From an uncultured Candidatus Saccharibacteria bacterium (GTDB lineage: Bacteria; Patescibacteriota; CPR2; UBA1875; CAIMLA01), in NCBI GenBank assembly GCA_964511435.1, contig CAZEFH010000005.1:1-55589 (forward strand): a DNA stretch of 55,589 bases. The letters run 5' to 3'. Within the stretch, counting starts at the first letter, position 1; every line of letters begins with the position of its first letter. Under the pieces are notes generated by a model. The model was given only the letters and a program-made list of their open reading frames with translations, ran no database searches and was not told where the DNA came from. Below are positions 26,028 to 36,538 of the stretch, piece after piece. Position numbers and translations under genes: made by a program.

Positions 26028-26881
26028 GATACATCTTTCTGGCACACCGGGCAAAAGTGAGTACCTCTCCCAGACAGCTTGATTCTCTCAATTTTACCTC
26101 CGCAGTTTCTCGGACATGGTTCCCCGGTACGGTGATAGACATTCAGATAGTCTTGCATACCGCCCTTATGGCCATATGCATTGACATAATCATTGTCGGT
26201 AGTACCGCCCTTCTCAATTGCAAATGTCAATTTCTGTTCGATAATTTGAGCCAACGACTTCCATTCTTCGCTTGTTAGAGTTGATACAAGCCTAGTTGGA
26301 GCCATTTTTGCTTCAAATAAAGCTTCATCAGCATAAATATTTCCGACACCAGAGATTACACCCTGATCCATGATAAACTTTTTGATGTTCGAACGTCCCA
26401 TCCTCTCAGCTCTTTTTTGCAAATAATTGACATCTATCTCTGGTACGGCATCCGGGCCATATGAGTAAAAATATTCATTCATTTGTAAAAACGTCAGTAA
26501 TTTAATCCAACCAAATTTCCTCAAATCGTTAAAGAAAAGCTTGGTTCCGTCATTAAACTCAAATACAATTCGCGTATGTTTGTTCGGAAGTTGATCATGA
26601 AAGTCCTGAGAAGGATGACCACCAGCTACTCGCTTTTCTCCTGAGACATATATGAGCTGCCCCGTCATCTTCAAGTGAACTAGCAAATATAGGCCATTCG
26701 CGAGCTTAATTATCAGTGTTTTCGCTCGCCTTCCGACAGACTTTACGGCCTGCCCTTCAACTTTATCCGCCTCTCCACTAAATGAGCCTGGGTTAAGAAC
26801 ATTAAATCTATCAATAATCTTATTACTGATTACTTTATCTAGTTGAGATGCAATTGTTTCAACTTCTGGAAGCTCAGGCAT
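26024..26881 (-). CDS. mutM: Formamidopyrimidine-DNA glycosylase
   Basis: MPELPEVE, HLKMTG, GVGNIYADE, C-terminal Zn finger CP..C...FCPVCQ. Confidence 0.97.
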   Translation of the reverse strand: MPELPEVETIASQLDKVISNKIIDRFNVLNPGSFSGEADKVEGQAVKSVGRRAKTLIIKLANGLYLLVHLKMTGQLIYVSGEKRVAGGHPSQDFHDQLPNKHTRIVFEFNDGTKLFFNDLRKFGWIKLLTFLQMNEYFYSYGPDAVPEIDVNYLQKRAERMGRSNIKKFIMDQGVISGVGNIYADEALFEAKMAPTRLVSTLTSEEWKSLAQIIEQKLTFAIEKGGTTDNDYVNAYGHKGGMQDYLNVYHRTGEPCPRNCGGKIERIKLSGRGTHFCPVCQKDVS

Positions 26882-26883
26882 AA

Positions 26884-27435
26884 CTATCTCAGGTACTGAC
26901 GCCCGCTCCTACTACCGCTCGGTACAAGATCTTCCACGATGGTTTCCGCAAATTCTCTAGTTGAAAATGGCCCGGCGCCTGTAATTAGGTTATGGTCCTT
27001 CTCCACTGTCTTTCCACTATAATATGCACCAGAGGCCTCTATTTCCGCAGACCTGGTAGAATGCCCGGTTATTTTCTTCCCATTCACGTGCCTGGTCCGG
27101 ATAAGGATATCGACCGCATAGCCGATAGCAGCAACCAGCTTATGATATGAAAAAGCTGTATCGAGCATCATCTCAATATCTCTATTTGCGATAAACTCAG
27201 CTGAGGTCTCTTCTCCAACAAATATAAATCCATCAAAGCTAGAAGGGTCAATTTGTTGAGGCGTCATGTCTGGCTCGACTTCGAGTCCATGCTGTCCTTT
27301 TGCAATAGTCTTATGAGAAGACACGACCTGATGTTCCACCCCAGCTTCATCTAGCCGCTCCACCACCCACTCATACTCTTTGTCACGAAAATTATCGTGT
27401 GGCAAGATAAACAATACTTTTTTATTCGCCATCAT
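26884..27435 (-). CDS. DJ-1/PfpI family protein
   Basis: FRDKEY, LITGAGP; usual nucleophile Cys of AICH motif appears absent (AAIGYA). Confidence 0.8.
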   Translation of the reverse strand: MMANKKVLFILPHDNFRDKEYEWVVERLDEAGVEHQVVSSHKTIAKGQHGLEVEPDMTPQQIDPSSFDGFIFVGEETSAEFIANRDIEMMLDTAFSYHKLVAAIGYAVDILIRTRHVNGKKITGHSTRSAEIEASGAYYSGKTVEKDHNLITGAGPFSTREFAETIVEDLVPSGSRSGRQYLR

Positions 27436-28258
27436 TCACTTCTTTCTTTATCATATATTTATTAGGAAAATTTATAATTTCCTTTCTCGCATCTTCTGGG
27501 CCGAATACTAGCGTATGAAAGAAAATACGTAAACCCTTTGGTAGGTAGAAAAAGGCGTAGCGAGCTACTGCGAACAAATCCCATTTTGCATTTAGGGCCT
27601 GAGTCTGGCCTGCTAGGATTGCATCTTTGAGCTCAGCGGCGGTCTTCCCCTCAAACAAAGTGTAACCCTTTCCAATTGCCTCTACAATATGAGCGTCACT
27701 AGAACCTGTCTCAGAACGGAACAAAAGGATACGATTAAGGTACTTTGCCTTATAGTTCTCATCGGCCATCAGTGGTGTCGCATTGACAGTTTCAACCCCA
27801 TCAAATAGTTGTTTGTCCTGAATAAGCTCCTTCGCACCAACACCATTCACGGTATATTTTAGATCGAAGTTCATTCTAGTTGCATAAAAGGGGTGAGCGG
27901 CAACTGCTACGCCACCTTGTTTCTTTATCGCCTTTAGTGTCTCGTGAGCACTCATCCCCGCTGGTATTCTCTCTTTGATATAAAGGGCTAAAATATGACC
28001 CTCAAGCGAAGATACTTCTTCTCCTACCACAATATCAAAGCGATATTTCTTCTTTACAGCAAGCTTCTTTGCCTCTAGCGCTCCATCAATCGTATCATGA
28101 TCAGTAATAGCGATAACTGATAGGTCGGTCTCCTTCTCAACGTAGTCAAGAATATCCTTGATTTCCGGACGACCATCTGAGTAACGACTATGAATATGAA
28201 GATCTGCCTTACCTAGACCTGGTAGCTTATCATGAACCTGCTGTTTTAGAGTTTTCAT
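27422..28258 (-). CDS. PHP domain metal-dependent phosphoesterase
   Basis: DLHIHSRYSDG, AITDHD, AHPF, GSSDAH. Confidence 0.9.
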   Translation of the reverse strand: MKTLKQQVHDKLPGLGKADLHIHSRYSDGRPEIKDILDYVEKETDLSVIAITDHDTIDGALEAKKLAVKKKYRFDIVVGEEVSSLEGHILALYIKERIPAGMSAHETLKAIKKQGGVAVAAHPFYATRMNFDLKYTVNGVGAKELIQDKQLFDGVETVNATPLMADENYKAKYLNRILLFRSETGSSDAHIVEAIGKGYTLFEGKTAAELKDAILAGQTQALNAKWDLFAVARYAFFYLPKGLRIFFHTLVFGPEDARKEIINFPNKYMIKKEVNDGE

Positions 28259-28285
28259 TAAGTTATTATAGCACTGGATTCGTGC

Positions 28286-28993
28286 TTAAAAAAGGCTGAC
28301 AGCCACAAATATATCCGCCACAACGTGTAAAACGATCGCTGGTAACAGGCTCTTGTATTTATTCGTCATCGACCCCCAAATGAGCCCGAGGATGAAAGTA
28401 AGAAAAACAAATAACCACAAGTTGCTCGCCATTGGACTAGTAATATGAATTGCAGCGAAAAATATCGCCTGTATTAAGTTCGCCAGCATTGGCGACATTT
28501 TTTCCGTTAAAAATGAAATGGCCGCTCCACGGAAAAATGATTCTTCTACAAAAGCATTGGCAATGGCATAAATAATAAATATCGGTGCGTATTCAAGAAA
28601 CAAAATTAAACTTAGGTTCGTAGAATTCAAAAACCAAGAATATAGAACTAGCCCCAGAATAGTAAAACCGAAAGTGGACCAAAAAGTAAATAATATTACC
28701 TTACTGAAATTGCCAAAACGTAAGTAGATATCTTTCCGGTCATGACCTTCGCCCGTTACTAAATAGTAGAGCAGGGGTAGTACCAGACCAATCCTTACTG
28801 CCCCCCATAGAAGCAAGTAACTCGGTTGCATCGAAGTGATGATGTCCTTGTGAGCAACGAGACGAAAAATACCTTCTCCGAGAGGGTACTGTACAAAAAT
28901 CAATCCATAAATAATAACAATTAGCAGCCAAGGCCTCAATTTCCGAACTAATGGCTTTGATTTTTGGATTATTTGTTTCAGTTTCTGAATCAT
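28286..28993 (-). CDS. CPBP (CAAX protease/Abi-like) intramembrane protease
   Basis: EESFFRG, FFAAIH, AIVLHVVAD motifs. Confidence 0.88.
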   Translation of the reverse strand: MIQKLKQIIQKSKPLVRKLRPWLLIVIIYGLIFVQYPLGEGIFRLVAHKDIITSMQPSYLLLWGAVRIGLVLPLLYYLVTGEGHDRKDIYLRFGNFSKVILFTFWSTFGFTILGLVLYSWFLNSTNLSLILFLEYAPIFIIYAIANAFVEESFFRGAAISFLTEKMSPMLANLIQAIFFAAIHITSPMASNLWLFVFLTFILGLIWGSMTNKYKSLLPAIVLHVVADIFVAVSLF

Positions 28994-30237
28994 TTCACTC
29001 CTTTCACCTGCCCCTGATCCGTAAAGATGGCAGCACTAGTTCCGGCTGTCGCACCGCTCGACCAAGCCCATTGCAAGTTAAATCCACCCGAATCTCCATC
29101 TATATCGAGAATCTCTCCCGCAAAGTATAAACCCGGTACTACAGTGGAGGCAAGACTAGCGTTAACTTCTGAGGCTGAGATACCTCCTGACGTTACCTGG
29201 GCTTCACGCAGTGGTCTGACTTTCGAAACTGGCAGTTTTAGATATTTCAATATCGATACTAACTTATTTCTTTCGATACGGGAAACTTCAGAGGTCTTCT
29301 TTCTTCCGGAAACTCCAGCAATTTCCAATACCACATCGCTAAGTTTCTTGGGGAATAATTCAGTTAATACATTCGATAATGATTTTTTAGGATCTCTTTG
29401 AAAAAATTCTATAAGAACCTCGTGAAGTTCACTTTCACTCTTATCCGGAACCAAATCTAGCGCTATATCAGTTTTCTGCTTACCAATGTATGGTGCTAGC
29501 GCCCCCGCAATACCCATAGCCGCTGGTCCGGAAACACCAAAATGAGTGAGTAGAAGGTCTCCCGTCTTACTTCGGACTTCGGTGTCATCCACAAGCGCTA
29601 TCGCCTTTGCGGCTACTTTTACTCCCATAGCTGGAACAAGTACGTCTGTTGCAAGCTCGATTGGCACCAGAGCAGCATATAAATCTGTCGGCTTATGCCC
29701 AAGCTTTGTCGCCCAGAATAGACCATCGCCGCTAGACCCAAGCCGATGGGCCGCTTTCCCTCCAGTAGTAAGAATAACTGCTTTTGCGCTTAAACTAGAC
29801 TCTTCCAACAAAATTTCAAAGTTTTGCTCCTTAGTGACATCGCGTACTAGCGTCGACTTAAGTACCGTTACTCCGAGTGCAGTCAGTTCCTTTTCTAGTG
29901 AACTGGCTACACTTATAGCCTTTTGTGTGACAGGAAACATTCTGCCTAGATTTTCCTCTGTCAACTTGAGACCGCGATTAGAAAAGAAACTCTCTAGGTC
30001 TGTTTCGGTGAAGTTTGAAAAAACTGAGTCAAATATCGTTGAAACAGATCCATGATATCTATCCTTTGATATTTGTCTATTCGTAACATTACAACGTCCG
30101 TTGCCAGTAGCAAGAACCTTGAGACCAAGTCGGTCATTTTTCTCAATCAAAATTGTCTTGGCACCGTTACTTGCCGCGAATATTGCCGCCATCATTCCAG
30201 CTGCACCGCCACCGATTACTGCTACGTCATAAAGCAT
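28990..30237 (-). CDS. HI0933/BaiN family flavoprotein
   Basis: GGGAAG, ATGNGRCNVTN, LLTHFGVSGP, AQVTSGG, GGFNLQWAWSSG. Confidence 0.93.
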   Translation of the reverse strand: MLYDVAVIGGGAAGMMAAIFAASNGAKTILIEKNDRLGLKVLATGNGRCNVTNRQISKDRYHGSVSTIFDSVFSNFTETDLESFFSNRGLKLTEENLGRMFPVTQKAISVASSLEKELTALGVTVLKSTLVRDVTKEQNFEILLEESSLSAKAVILTTGGKAAHRLGSSGDGLFWATKLGHKPTDLYAALVPIELATDVLVPAMGVKVAAKAIALVDDTEVRSKTGDLLLTHFGVSGPAAMGIAGALAPYIGKQKTDIALDLVPDKSESELHEVLIEFFQRDPKKSLSNVLTELFPKKLSDVVLEIAGVSGRKKTSEVSRIERNKLVSILKYLKLPVSKVRPLREAQVTSGGISASEVNASLASTVVPGLYFAGEILDIDGDSGGFNLQWAWSSGATAGTSAAIFTDQGQVKGVK

Positions 30238-30242
30238 TTTGA

Positions 30243-30743
30243 TTACCGATAATTACCAAACTGAAGTGGAAATTCGAGGTCACTGCCACGTAAAAGCTGC
30301 ATAATCTCCTGCAATTCATCTTTTGACTTTGACACTACTCGGATTTCTTCACCTTGAATATTTGCTTTAGCTTTTGGATATTGATCCCGGATTAGCTTAG
30401 TCATCTTCTTGGCATTTTCCTGAGTAAGCCCGCTTCGTAGTAATAACTTTTTACGAACACTGCCGCCGCTAGCCGCTTCTTCTGGTAAGGTCTTATCCAA
30501 TATTTTGAGACTGAGATCTCGCTTCAACATCTTGGACTCTAATATGTCTATTATTGCCGTAAGCTTGTAGTCGCTTTCAGTCTGGATTGTTAGGGTTTTG
30601 TCTTTCTCTGCATAGTCTATTTCAACCATCACTCCCTTGAAATCAAAACGATTCTCTATTTCCCTCCTTGTTTGGTCTATTGCGTTAACCATTTCTTGAT
30701 GGTCAAAGTCAGAAGTAATATCAAATGAATAATCTGATGCCAT
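30243..30743 (-). CDS. yajQ: YajQ family nucleotide-binding protein
   Basis: SFDITS..D.QEM.NAIDQ, RFDFKG, IQGEEIRV, LQFGNYR. Confidence 0.95.
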   Translation of the reverse strand: MASDYSFDITSDFDHQEMVNAIDQTRREIENRFDFKGVMVEIDYAEKDKTLTIQTESDYKLTAIIDILESKMLKRDLSLKILDKTLPEEAASGGSVRKKLLLRSGLTQENAKKMTKLIRDQYPKAKANIQGEEIRVVSKSKDELQEIMQLLRGSDLEFPLQFGNYR

Positions 30744-30751
30744 ATAACCCC

Positions 30752-31723
30752 CTATTGAATCTTCATATCTTTTACAAACTCTCGTGTTACGGTCTCCCCA
30801 TCTTTGCCTAGGCTACCTACATTCTGCCCGTTGTATGTCGCGCTGACAGTTCCGCCGTCTGTAGTTGTAATTTTTATACTGTTTTTGCCTTTATAAGTTT
30901 GTGTTACTCCTGCCACAACTACTACTGGCTTATCGGTAACCTTTTTCCCGTCTACCTCTATCGAGACCGAGGCGGAGCGGGGTCCGATAGATAGCTTCAC
31001 CTCGAAGCTACCTTCTGTTGCGAGATTTGTATCATTGGTTGTTTGGGCTACAATCGTGCGTGTTTGGCTCGTCGCCTTCCCAAGCTTATTCTGGGCCTTG
31101 ATATGAATAATATTAACACCACTGGTAAGACTAATACGCTCTTTAAAGTTTCCTTCTTGATCAATACCAACCTCTACATCATTTATCGTAACCGTAGCAC
31201 CATTATCAGTAATGCCTTCTACGCTTGTAGAGTTACCTGTAATATTTACATTGTCCTTGGGTGACTTTACCATGAGCCGTGGTGGTGCCGTCAGAATACT
31301 TACCTGCCAACCAATATATACAACTATTAAGATAGAAGCGGTAATAACACTACCAATTGTCAGTGTCTTTGGTGTAATAAGTAGTTTTGGTGTGTCGATT
31401 GGCTTTACAACTGGAGCACCCGCCTTTGCCTTTTTCACATTTTCTGCAAGACCACGTTCGCGAAGATACAGTCTCATCACCTTCTCGGGGTCAAGTTTCA
31501 AATAAGCAGCATAGTTACGAATAAATCCACGCACATAAACATCGGGCGGGAGTACGTCATATCTGCTGTTTTCGATTGCTTCGATATATTTCCAACGAAT
31601 TCGAATCGCCTTCTCGACATCTTTAACATCGAGACCCATGGCAATACGTTTCTTCGCTAGTTTTTCGCCTAACCCTTCTTTTTGTGGGAGGGTTTTCTTA
31701 GTAAATTTGACGGCTGCGGACAT
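30752..31723 (-). CDS. rodZ: RodZ-like HTH membrane protein
   Basis: N-terminal HTH with YVRGFIRNYAAYL, TM helix, Ig-like and DUF4115-like C-terminus. Confidence 0.8.
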   Translation of the reverse strand: MSAAVKFTKKTLPQKEGLGEKLAKKRIAMGLDVKDVEKAIRIRWKYIEAIENSRYDVLPPDVYVRGFIRNYAAYLKLDPEKVMRLYLRERGLAENVKKAKAGAPVVKPIDTPKLLITPKTLTIGSVITASILIVVYIGWQVSILTAPPRLMVKSPKDNVNITGNSTSVEGITDNGATVTINDVEVGIDQEGNFKERISLTSGVNIIHIKAQNKLGKATSQTRTIVAQTTNDTNLATEGSFEVKLSIGPRSASVSIEVDGKKVTDKPVVVVAGVTQTYKGKNSIKITTTDGGTVSATYNGQNVGSLGKDGETVTREFVKDMKIQ

Positions 31724-33837
31724 TAATAATCGCCCCCATCTCCCTCGCCAGTTAGCTCACTCATATCATCCACTAGGACGTCTCTCGGTCTTGCACCATC
31801 CTGCGGTCCCACTACTCCTCGATCCTCCAAGATGTCTAACAGACGCGCCGCTCTAGCATAACCAATTCTCAAACGACGCTGTAACAGTGAGGCAGAGGCC
31901 TTCCCAGCCCTGATTACACACTCTGCAGCATCATAGAAAAGATCATCATCAATATCGGACATGTCTCCGCCATGCGAAGATTTCGCATTTTGTACCAAGA
32001 TTTCTTCATTATATTCTGGCTCTGCTTGTGTTTTTACAAACTCAGTAATTTCTTTTACTTCCTGTTCAGAGACATACGCCCCCTGAATACGACGCGGTTT
32101 CGAAAGTTCCGCAGAAAGGAAAAGCATATCACCCATTCCAAGAAGCTTCTCTGCACCGCTCTGGTCAAGGATTGTACGTGAGTCAGTATTTGAAGCGACC
32201 GAAAATGCGATACGAGTTGGGATATTGGCCTTGATTAGACCAGTAATCACATCGACTGATGGTCTTTGGGTTGCCACCACCAGATGCATCCCGACCGCGC
32301 GCGCCATTTGTGCTAAGCGGCAAATAAGACCTTCAACTTCATTTGCAGAAACAGCCATCAGATCAGCAAGTTCATCAATCACAATCACAATGTAGGGCAT
32401 CGCTTCCTTACCCTTACTAGCATTATATTCACCAATATTACGTTTACCCGCTTGTGATAGCACATGATAACGACGCTCCATCTCGGCCACTGCCCACTTT
32501 AAAGCAGAAACAGTTTTGTCTGGCTCTACAATGACCGGAGAGAGCAAATGAGCAATTCCGTTATAAAGACTGAGCTCAACCCTCTTCGGGTCAACTAGTA
32601 TCAGCTTAAGCTCCTGGGGTGTATTCTGATAAATCAGACTCAAAAGAAGTGCGTTGATACAAACTGACTTGCCAGATCCAGTTGAGCCAGCAATCAGCAG
32701 ATGTGGCATCTTGGTAATGTCTGCAATTTGAGGATGACCAGCCACGTCCAGGCCGAGAACTATCGAGAGTTTAGACTTACGATCCTTAAATGTTTGCGAC
32801 GCAAGGATGTTGCGCATTCGCACAATCTGGGAAGATTTATTAGGCATCTCCACACCAACAAGGCTCTTACCAGGTATTGGTGCTTCGATACGAATCGGAT
32901 GAGCGGCAAGGGAAAGCGCTAGATTCTTGTCCAGACTGGTAATCTTCTCTAGTTTAACCCCGTCGTTCGGCTTCAGGGTATATTGGGTTACCGTCGGCCC
33001 TACATTTACATCAGACATCGAAACTTCAATCCCAAAGTTTGAGAGGGTCTTCTGAATAATTGATGCGTTTTCTCTAACATTTCCGCTATCTGCCCTGGTC
33101 GTCATTTCTTCAAATAGATTAAGCGGGGGTAGCTTCCAGCCAGAAGTATCAACCGAAGACATTACCGCTTGCTCAGCATGTTCCTTGGCCGGTAACTTTC
33201 TCGAGTCAACAACTGGTTTTGCTACAGGTGCAGTTTCATGAATCTTGATATCATTCTTTGCTTCAACTGCCTCATCTACCTCTTTCTTGAACCAACTAAA
33301 GACATTCATAAATGGCGTGTTCGTAGCTAGCAGCATACCTATCACAGAAACGGCAATCAAAAGGACGAATGACACTGGTGCGTTAAAAACCATCAGCAAT
33401 AGTTTTTGAACATAATAGCCAATATAGCCACCATTACTGCCGCTGGTTGCGAGAGATAGGCTATTTTCTGCATTCACAAAAATCTGGAATATACCCGAAA
33501 AAGAAACGACCGCCAATGATAATCCGAGTACGGTAGGAGTGGTAATCTCATATTCCTCCGGATTGAAAAGAGAATAAGCAACTCCAGCCAAAATAAATGG
33601 CAGGACGTAAATAGACCAGCCAATAGCAAGCTTGAGATACTTACTAATTATCACTCCCATCGGACCACCCATCGAAAAAGAGCTAACTAGAATAATAAAT
33701 GCCACTACAAAAAGAAGCACAGCGATAATTTGGTTACGCACAACCGGATCAACGGTGGCCGCAAAACTATGCTGCTCGTGAGCAATTTTCTTATTTGTAG
33801 AACCCTTTGGTCTGCCTGGTTTGCGATGACGTGCCAT
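31723..33837 (-). CDS. ftsK: DNA translocase FtsK/SpoIIIE
   Basis: N-terminal TMs, PHLLIAGSTGSGKS, LVDPKRVEL, ATQRPSVDVITG, gamma domain LQRRLRIGYARAAR. Confidence 0.97.
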   Translation of the reverse strand: MARHRKPGRPKGSTNKKIAHEQHSFAATVDPVVRNQIIAVLLFVVAFIILVSSFSMGGPMGVIISKYLKLAIGWSIYVLPFILAGVAYSLFNPEEYEITTPTVLGLSLAVVSFSGIFQIFVNAENSLSLATSGSNGGYIGYYVQKLLLMVFNAPVSFVLLIAVSVIGMLLATNTPFMNVFSWFKKEVDEAVEAKNDIKIHETAPVAKPVVDSRKLPAKEHAEQAVMSSVDTSGWKLPPLNLFEEMTTRADSGNVRENASIIQKTLSNFGIEVSMSDVNVGPTVTQYTLKPNDGVKLEKITSLDKNLALSLAAHPIRIEAPIPGKSLVGVEMPNKSSQIVRMRNILASQTFKDRKSKLSIVLGLDVAGHPQIADITKMPHLLIAGSTGSGKSVCINALLLSLIYQNTPQELKLILVDPKRVELSLYNGIAHLLSPVIVEPDKTVSALKWAVAEMERRYHVLSQAGKRNIGEYNASKGKEAMPYIVIVIDELADLMAVSANEVEGLICRLAQMARAVGMHLVVATQRPSVDVITGLIKANIPTRIAFSVASNTDSRTILDQSGAEKLLGMGDMLFLSAELSKPRRIQGAYVSEQEVKEITEFVKTQAEPEYNEEILVQNAKSSHGGDMSDIDDDLFYDAAECVIRAGKASASLLQRRLRIGYARAARLLDILEDRGVVGPQDGARPRDVLVDDMSELTGEGDGGDY

Positions 33838-33888
33838 TTTATACCTATTTAATCAAGGATAGTATAGCACGGAAACCTGGCCCAATAA

Positions 33889-33923
33889 AGAAGAATGAGG
33901 CTTGGAACAAGCCTCATTCTTCT
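33889..33923 (-). terminator. Strong hairpin after rnj
   Basis: AGAAGAATGAGGCTTG-gaa-CAAGCCTCATTCTTCT. Confidence 0.8.
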
Positions 33924-35724
33924 AAATTTCAATCACTACTGGTAGTACCAGCGGCCTACGCTGTGTTTCGTTGTACAAAAGGTCGCTAATCCCGTCGCGA
34001 AGTTTCACCTTTAGATTCTGGTAATTCTGAGATGAGCCTTCCTTCCCAACGGCTTCCACGGTTCGTTTAATTTCGGCTCTAGCGCTATTAATCAGTTTTT
34101 CATTCTCGCGCATATAGATAAATCCTCGAGAAATAATGTCAGGACTAGTAAGCATCTTACCGGTCTTGCGATCAAGTGTACAGATAACAACAAAGACACC
34201 TTCAGTCGCCATTGACTTGCGTTCGCGAAGAACGATTTCACCGACATCACCGATACCAAGCCCATCAATCAGAATTATTCCGTTCTGAACCTTGGAATCT
34301 GAGACGCGGCCACGAGAATTATCGATCAGAATTTGATCCCCATTATCACAGATAAAGATATTTTCTTCTTTCATCCCGAGCTCTTTTGCAATCTCAGCAT
34401 GACGGACTAACATATGGCGTTCCCCATGAAATGGGGCAAAATACTTCGGTTTGAGTAGTGCGAGCATCATCTTTAGCTCTTCACGACATGGATGACCGGT
34501 TACATGAGTACGACTCTTCTCAGCATCAAAAACAACTTCGGCACCCTGACGGAAAAGATCGTCCATCACTGCGACGATTTCGCGTTCGTTTCCAGGTATT
34601 GGGGAACTAGAAAAAATCACTGTGTCCCCACGTTTTATTCGAATATTCTTATGACTACCAGATGACATTCTCCCAAGAGCTGACATTGCCTGTCCCTGTG
34701 ATCCTGTTGCCATCACTGTCACCATATTGTCAGGATACTTATCTATCTCCTGTATCCGAACAATCATACCAGCAGGAATGTTAAGGTAGCCAAGACGAAC
34801 CGCTATTTCAACATTTTTCAACATTGAACGACCTGCAAAGGCCAGCTTACGGCCATGATCACGAGCAGAATCTATGATCATCTGGATACGATTAATCTGA
34901 GAGGCAAAAGACGCTACAATAATGCGCCCTTTGGTCTTATCAAATAGCTCCTCAAAGTTGCTTTCTAGCATTTTTTCGCTCATTGAGAATCCAGGTTGTT
35001 CTGCATTAGTACTGTCCGACATCAGCAGCAACACACCTTCGTGACTATATCGAGCTAGCTTCTCCCAATCAATGAATTTATCATCAAGTGGTGAGTGATC
35101 TATCTTAAAGTCACCGGTGTAGATTATTCTTCCCACAGGTGTCTTTACCGCATAGCCAACCGCATCTGGAATAGAGTGAGTCACGCGAAAGGCTTCTACC
35201 TGAAATGCGCCCATTCGAATTACGTCTTTATCCGGATCAATCACCTTCAGTACTCCGGCCGTGTCAAAGCTATACTCAGAGAGCTTTGCCTCAATCATTC
35301 CGATTGTAAGCTTTGTACCGTAGATAGGTGCACCCAGCTTCGGCCAAATAAAAGGAATTGCCCCGATATGATCTTCGTGACCATGAGTGATGACGATTCC
35401 ACGGATCTTGTCTTTCTTGTCTTCTAGATAGGCAATGTCGGGAATAATATAATCAATACCCAGCATTTCACTGTCCGGGAACTTGAATCCCATGTCGACA
35501 ATGATAATATCGTTTTCATATTCATAAACCGTGAGGTTCTTACCAACTTCACCGAGACCACCTAGCGGGGTAATCTTGAGAAGCCCCTTCTTCGGCCCCT
35601 TTGTCTGCGAAGATTGCTGAGCCTGATCGCTGTTCGTGCGAATATTTTTACGTTTTAGAGTTGTGTCCGGCATCGGTCGCTGTTGGCGACGTTTTTTTTC
35701 CGGTTTTTTCTGTACTTTTTCCAT
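33922..35724 (-). CDS. rnj: Ribonuclease J
   Basis: PLGGLGEVGKN, THGHEDHIG, HSIPD, SDST, HVTGH. Confidence 0.97.
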   Translation of the reverse strand: MEKVQKKPEKKRRQQRPMPDTTLKRKNIRTNSDQAQQSSQTKGPKKGLLKITPLGGLGEVGKNLTVYEYENDIIIVDMGFKFPDSEMLGIDYIIPDIAYLEDKKDKIRGIVITHGHEDHIGAIPFIWPKLGAPIYGTKLTIGMIEAKLSEYSFDTAGVLKVIDPDKDVIRMGAFQVEAFRVTHSIPDAVGYAVKTPVGRIIYTGDFKIDHSPLDDKFIDWEKLARYSHEGVLLLMSDSTNAEQPGFSMSEKMLESNFEELFDKTKGRIIVASFASQINRIQMIIDSARDHGRKLAFAGRSMLKNVEIAVRLGYLNIPAGMIVRIQEIDKYPDNMVTVMATGSQGQAMSALGRMSSGSHKNIRIKRGDTVIFSSSPIPGNEREIVAVMDDLFRQGAEVVFDAEKSRTHVTGHPCREELKMMLALLKPKYFAPFHGERHMLVRHAEIAKELGMKEENIFICDNGDQILIDNSRGRVSDSKVQNGIILIDGLGIGDVGEIVLRERKSMATEGVFVVICTLDRKTGKMLTSPDIISRGFIYMRENEKLINSARAEIKRTVEAVGKEGSSQNYQNLKVKLRDGISDLLYNETQRRPLVLPVVIEI

Positions 35725-35743
35725 TTAGTTTTGTAGTTCTCCT

Positions 35744-36385
35744 TTAGAAAAGTTGTTCCTGTTTCGTTTTTACTGCAGATAAATTCGTCTCGGCAGTAAT
35801 TCTTTCAATTATTTTTGGTATCTTGGCAAAATCTGTTTTTAGGGTTTCCCTCATCCCGCCGTTATAAAGTGCGGCCGCTGGGTGATAAAGGGCAAGAAAT
35901 ACCTGTTTGCGTCCCCACATTTCTTTACGAAAAGCGTTTCCATGAACTTCAGAAATCTTAAAGTTTGGAAAGAAGCGGTTCATCGAGTGACGCCCGAGAA
36001 AAACAATCAATTTAGGGTCGATTATCTCTATCTGACGTCTCAGGAATGGCCAGCAGGCCTCAGCCTCTGCCGGTAAAGGGTCGCGATTGTTTGGTGGTCG
36101 ATGCTTGAGGACATTCGCGATATAGATGTCTTTTCTTTCGAGGCCAATCGTCTCCAGAAGCTCACTAAGAAACTTTCCGGCAGCTCCCACAAAAGGCTCT
36201 CCCAACTCATCTTCTTTCTTCCCTGGGGCCTCACCGATAAAGAGAATCTCCGCCTTTTCACTCCCAATCCCGCAAACATCTTTGGTTTTTGCTTGATACA
36301 ACTCGCAACGTTCACAAGCAGAAATAAGCTCTTCTACTTCTGAGAGCGTCCCAGCTTCAGCAATTTGTTCGTCAGTAACCTGCAT
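35744..36385 (-). CDS. Uracil-DNA glycosylase family 4
   Basis: CERCEL, GEAPG..ED..G.PFVG, NVLKHRPPNNRDP, YHPAA. Confidence 0.93.
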   Translation of the reverse strand: MQVTDEQIAEAGTLSEVEELISACERCELYQAKTKDVCGIGSEKAEILFIGEAPGKKEDELGEPFVGAAGKFLSELLETIGLERKDIYIANVLKHRPPNNRDPLPAEAEACWPFLRRQIEIIDPKLIVFLGRHSMNRFFPNFKISEVHGNAFRKEMWGRKQVFLALYHPAAALYNGGMRETLKTDFAKIPKIIERITAETNLSAVKTKQEQLF

Positions 36386-36452
36386 AAGTTAGTACGCGAA
36401 AATCCTTTTTCGTGCGGTTTAGTTAGTGGAGAGTACTCTTTACGTTGGCTAT

Positions 36453-36481
36453 ATCTTAGCAAAAAATAGCTGTTTTGTCAA
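36453..36481 (-). promoter_or_regulatory. Sigma70 promoter for udg-rnj
   Basis: TTGACA-N17-TAAGAT. Confidence 0.75.
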
Positions 36482-36538
36482 TGGTTTTATGGTCACAACA
36501 ACCCTTAATAAAATGTTATAGCATTTTATTAAGTGGCT

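Noticed and set aside
36390-36450. udg leader with AGAGTACTCT palindrome and CGAAAA/TTTTCG stem as a riboswitch
   Set aside because: Weak structure and no match to preQ1 or other small aptamer consensus.
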